This document shows positions 60,961 through 64,000 of a stretch of 64,000 bases of DNA, one piece after another. Made by a program: the position numbers and the translations under genes. Positions within the stretch are counted from its first letter, which is position 1; every line of letters starts with the position of its first letter. The notes under the pieces are model-generated. The model searched no databases. It saw nothing but the letters and a program-made list of their open reading frames with translations, and was not told where the DNA came from. The DNA comes from Candidatus Buchananbacteria bacterium CG10_big_fil_rev_8_21_14_0_10_33_19 (GTDB lineage: Bacteria > Patescibacteriota > Patescibacteriia > 2-01-FULL-39-33). The DNA lies in assembly GCA_002773855.1 (NCBI GenBank), contig PEZY01000005.1, forward strand, positions 218,221-282,220, in the 5' to 3' direction.

Positions 60961-60986
60961 ATAAAAAATCCCGTAAATAACGGGAT
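60961..60986 (-). terminator. Terminator of the HD-domain gene
   Basis: atcccgtaaataacgggat; T-run on the minus strand. Confidence 0.5.
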
Positions 60987-60993
60987 ATTAATT

Positions 60994-61872
60994 TTAACAA
61001 AACAATATTAAATTATTTTGTTTACAAAAACGAATAATTACTTGCTTGGCTTCTTCTGGATCAACTGGTGTTTGACCATTTATATACTCTTCCTCCAAGC
61101 ATAAATCACCAACCATTTCCAAGGCCTGATACTTACCTCGAGCCCAGTAAGCATAAGCATCACGGGTGTCGCCATAGATAAAATCAGTGGATTGCAGTGC
61201 AAATAAACTCAAAAACCAAGTCAATTCATCTTTATTCTTAGTTTTATTAGCAAAATTAAATCTAACTTCATCGGAAATCGTTGGATCAAAAATTGGCATA
61301 CCTGGCAATAATCTCTTGCCGGTCTGATAATATCTTTTAATTTCATCACTGGGTGATATAGACGTTTTATCAGCTAGCCTGAATATTTCAGAAATTGGGA
61401 ATATGACTGGCGATGGCATACACCTTCCGTCTACTAGCTCACAAAAATAATCATGGTACAAAATAGCATAATACAGTGGATATTCCAAACAAGTGCCACC
61501 AACAATTTTTCTAGTCAAATCGGCGCCAACCTCTTCATGATCTTCAAAGCTAGCGCCTAAAAATCGACCCATATCATGAAAGACAGAAGCCAGCATTAAA
61601 ACTTTTCTAGCTTGATTATCAGTATTAGTATCGACTGGCATTTGCATTTTAGCCACTGGCCACAAACTAGGCGACTGAGTAATAATAGTTTGACACCTTT
61701 GCCAAACAGCCTGAGAATGACTAAAACCATGATCATTATTATTAAAATAAGATTCAGCGATGACTTTAGCTTTCTTTACCTTAGCTTTCAGTAAAAAAGA
61801 TGTTAAAATTTTAGAATTAAACTGATCAACATTTTCTAAATTAGCTATAAACCTTTCAATGAGTACGCTCAT
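60994..61872 (-). CDS. HD-domain phosphohydrolase family protein
   Basis: GFSHSQAV ... ASVFHDMGR (H...HD motif). Confidence 0.6.
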   Translation of the reverse strand: MSVLIERFIANLENVDQFNSKILTSFLLKAKVKKAKVIAESYFNNNDHGFSHSQAVWQRCQTIITQSPSLWPVAKMQMPVDTNTDNQARKVLMLASVFHDMGRFLGASFEDHEEVGADLTRKIVGGTCLEYPLYYAILYHDYFCELVDGRCMPSPVIFPISEIFRLADKTSISPSDEIKRYYQTGKRLLPGMPIFDPTISDEVRFNFANKTKNKDELTWFLSLFALQSTDFIYGDTRDAYAYWARGKYQALEMVGDLCLEEEYINGQTPVDPEEAKQVIIRFCKQNNLILFC

Positions 61873-61964
61873 TTCTAAGCTCCTTTTAGGTGGTTGGGAT
61901 TCTTAATTACTTTTAAAGAACAACTAACAAGCTATTTTTAACATATTAAAAATATATAGTCAAT

Positions 61965-62005
61965 AAAACTCGTCACTAGTGACTAATGACGAGTTTTATT
62001 TTTGA
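61965..62005. terminator. Bidirectional terminator downstream of tig
   Basis: actcgtca...tgacgagt stem flanked by A and T runs. Confidence 0.55.
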
Positions 62006-62022
62006 ATAGATTAGCTAAATAA

Positions 62023-63315
62023 TTATTTAACAATAATCTCCTTCTTTAGAAATTCTATCACTTTTCTATTGCCAATAGTATTCTTTAAATAATCTTTATA
62101 AGTTTCGGTTTCTAATTGTTTTCGGACATCTTCATTATTAGGGTAATTTTGCATCACAACTTCAATTTCGGCTTCAATTTCATCATCTCGAACCTCAAAC
62201 TTTTCTTGAACATAGATCTCTCTAGCTAAAATAGAAATCTTTACTCTTTTTTCAGCCTGTGGTCTAAATTCTGTTTTTAAATCTTCTTCGGTTTTATTTA
62301 AACTTTTTAAATAATCAGCAAAATTAAAACCTTGATTCGAAATACTGTGTTCTAACTCATGAACCATTTTATGAACTTCGTTATCAATTAATAAATCTGG
62401 AATGGCTTCAAACTCAGAAATATCTACTAATTTATCTAACATTTCAATTTCGACTTTTTGTTCTTGTTTACCACCTTCCTCAGCTTTTAAATTTTCTAAA
62501 ACATTTTTCTTAACTTCAGCCACAGTTTTAAATTTATCAGCTGATACAGAACTAGCAAAAGCATCATTTAATTCTGGCAATTCTATTTCAAAAACACTGT
62601 TACATTTCACTTTAAACTCAGCAGTTTTACCAGCCATTTTTTTATCAAAATACTTTTCAGGAAACTTTAGTTCAAATTCTTTTTCTGCACCAGCTTTCAT
62701 ACCGATAATTTTTTCTTCAAAACCAGGGATAAATTTATTTTCACCAATGACTACTGGATATTTATCTTGTTTACCTTTTTCTATTGGCACTTTGTCTAAG
62801 AATACCTCAAAATTAACTTCCACTTTATCACCGGTTTTAGCTTCACGTTCCACTAATTTTTCAGTGGCCTGCATTTTTCTAATATCTTCTATAATTTTAT
62901 CAACCTGCTCATTAGTAATTTTAACCTCTTCTGATTTTACTTTTAATTTCTTCCAATCACCGATTTTGACATTAGGCAAAACCGAAGCTGTAGCCCTATA
63001 AACAAAATCATTATCTGGTGCTACTTTTTCAACATCAATACTAGGCTGACCAATAGTAACTATTTTTTCAGTTTTTAAAACTTCATAATAAGTGGCTGAA
63101 ATTACGTCATCAATAGATTCCTGTAACAATCCCATGTCACCCACTTTTTGTTTGATAATTTCATAAGGAGCTTTGCCAGGCCTAAAGCCTTCTATTTTCA
63201 TTTCTTTAGCCAGTCTCTCTGCTGTTCTTTGCAAATATGGTTGCATTTCTAAAGTTGAAACTTCAATAGTTATCTCCACTTGTGATTTATCTAATTTTTT
63301 TACTGTTGATTTCAT
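62023..63315 (-). CDS. tig: Trigger factor
   Basis: N-terminal ribosome-binding GFRPGKAP motif, a PPIase-like middle domain and a C-terminal arm. 430 aa. Confidence 0.9.
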   Translation of the reverse strand: MKSTVKKLDKSQVEITIEVSTLEMQPYLQRTAERLAKEMKIEGFRPGKAPYEIIKQKVGDMGLLQESIDDVISATYYEVLKTEKIVTIGQPSIDVEKVAPDNDFVYRATASVLPNVKIGDWKKLKVKSEEVKITNEQVDKIIEDIRKMQATEKLVEREAKTGDKVEVNFEVFLDKVPIEKGKQDKYPVVIGENKFIPGFEEKIIGMKAGAEKEFELKFPEKYFDKKMAGKTAEFKVKCNSVFEIELPELNDAFASSVSADKFKTVAEVKKNVLENLKAEEGGKQEQKVEIEMLDKLVDISEFEAIPDLLIDNEVHKMVHELEHSISNQGFNFADYLKSLNKTEEDLKTEFRPQAEKRVKISILAREIYVQEKFEVRDDEIEAEIEVVMQNYPNNEDVRKQLETETYKDYLKNTIGNRKVIEFLKKEIIVK

Positions 63316-63402
63316 AATATTATTTGATTATATAAATTAACAAGACTCAAATTATATTAACAAAAAATTCAAGTTTGGTCAATTATATATAAAAAAATCA
63401 CA

Positions 63403-63432
63403 AAAAAACTGCCAACTTAGTTGGCAGTTTTT
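63403..63432. terminator. Bidirectional terminator downstream of hppA
   Basis: ctgccaacttagttggcag flanked by A6 and T5. Confidence 0.6.
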
Positions 63433-63439
63433 AAAAAGC

Positions 63440-64000
63440 TTATTTAATCAAAAGTGGCACAATAATAATCGAAATAATAGCCATTAACTTAATTAAAATA
63501 TTAAGAGCTGGACCAGAAGTATCTTTAAGCGGATCACCCACAGTATCACCTGTTACTGCCGCTTTATGTGAACTAGAGCCCTTACCGCCCATATTACCGG
63601 CTTCTATGTACTTCTTGGCATTATCCCAAGCCCCGCCAGAATTAGCCATAAACACTGCTAGCAAAAATCCAGTGACAATTGAACCAGCTAATAAACCAGC
63701 CAAACTTTCTGCCCCAAACCACAAACCTACGATCACCGGTACAAAAATAGCCAGCACCCCCGGCAAAATCATTTGTCTAAGAGCGGCTGTAGTAGAAATC
63801 TCGATACACTTTTTATAATCTGGCTCAGCTTGACCTGACATTAAACCTTCAATTTCTCTAAACTGTCTTCTAACCTCTTCTACCATTTTAGAAGCGGCTC
63901 GACCAACTGATTCCATAGTTAAAGCGGAAAAAATAAATGGTAACAAACCTCCAATAAACAAACCAATGATCACGGCTGGATCCATTAAATTAACTACATT
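63440..64000 (-). CDS. hppA: H+/Na+-translocating membrane pyrophosphatase. C-terminal part; the gene continues off the window end.
   Basis: [23 protein letters not shown] is the V-PPase C-terminal signature. The frame stays open to position 64000. Confidence 0.85.
   Translation of the reverse strand, partial: NVVNLMDPAVIIGLFIGGLLPFIFSALTMESVGRAASKMVEEVRRQFREIEGLMSGQAEPDYKKCIEISTTAALRQMILPGVLAIFVPVIVGLWFGAESLAGLLAGSIVTGFLLAVFMANSGGAWDNAKKYIEAGNMGGKGSSSHKAAVTGDTVGDPLKDTSGPALNILIKLMAIISIIIVPLLIK

Noticed and set aside
62402-63001. 199-aa plus-strand ORF antisense to tig
   Set aside because: S/T/F-rich low-complexity translation of the trigger-factor antisense strand. No start context.

Overview
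This 64-kb window is AT-rich, roughly 30% GC by spot counts, and very densely coded; most genes are on the minus strand. It looks like a reduced, anaerobic bacterium with a Gram-positive-like and Patescibacteria/CPR-like gene repertoire; this phylogenetic placement is inference, not measured. Evidence for that placement: T-box leaders, type-2 IleRS, type IV pilus ATPase, VanW/NlpC peptidoglycan genes, and 2-oxoacid:ferredoxin oxidoreductase with flavodoxin, ferredoxin and H+-PPase.

The core content is housekeeping. It includes rpoB-rpoC, the aminoacyl-tRNA synthetases IleRS, ArgRS, ThrRS and HisRS, and tRNA-His and tRNA-Glu. It also includes rpsA, ftsH, tsaE-tsaD, tig, ruvA, nfo, cspA with a divergent DEAD-box helicase, and Hsp20. 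There are two paralogous sensor histidine kinases and an orphan response regulator.

Items worth a second look:
1. The isoleucyl-tRNA synthetase carries an in-frame histidine-phosphatase (PGM-like) domain insertion.
2. A MazG-like domain is fused to NadD.
3. A roughly 3.4-kb GC-rich island (45-58% GC) encodes a methyltransferase, a 3-hydroxyacyl-CoA dehydrogenase and a FadL/TodX-like outer-membrane transporter.
4. A three-gene secreted surface-protein operon sits at the window start. It includes a protein with at least 10 tandem copies of a ~26-aa Cys-containing repeat (GCTDxxAxNYNxxAxxDDGSC).
5. There is a clear T-box leader upstream of thrS and a weaker candidate upstream of ileS.
6. A perfect 14-bp palindromic operator lies between divergent promoters.
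7. A GC-rich relic with a 47-aa ORF remnant lies next to tRNA-Glu.
8. A 540-nt non-coding region carries a duplicated ~30-nt motif.
9. There is a solitary DUF4258 toxin-like gene.
10. A SLOG/LOG-like protein and a PRTase-domain protein are encoded convergently.

No CRISPR array and no obvious transposase were seen.
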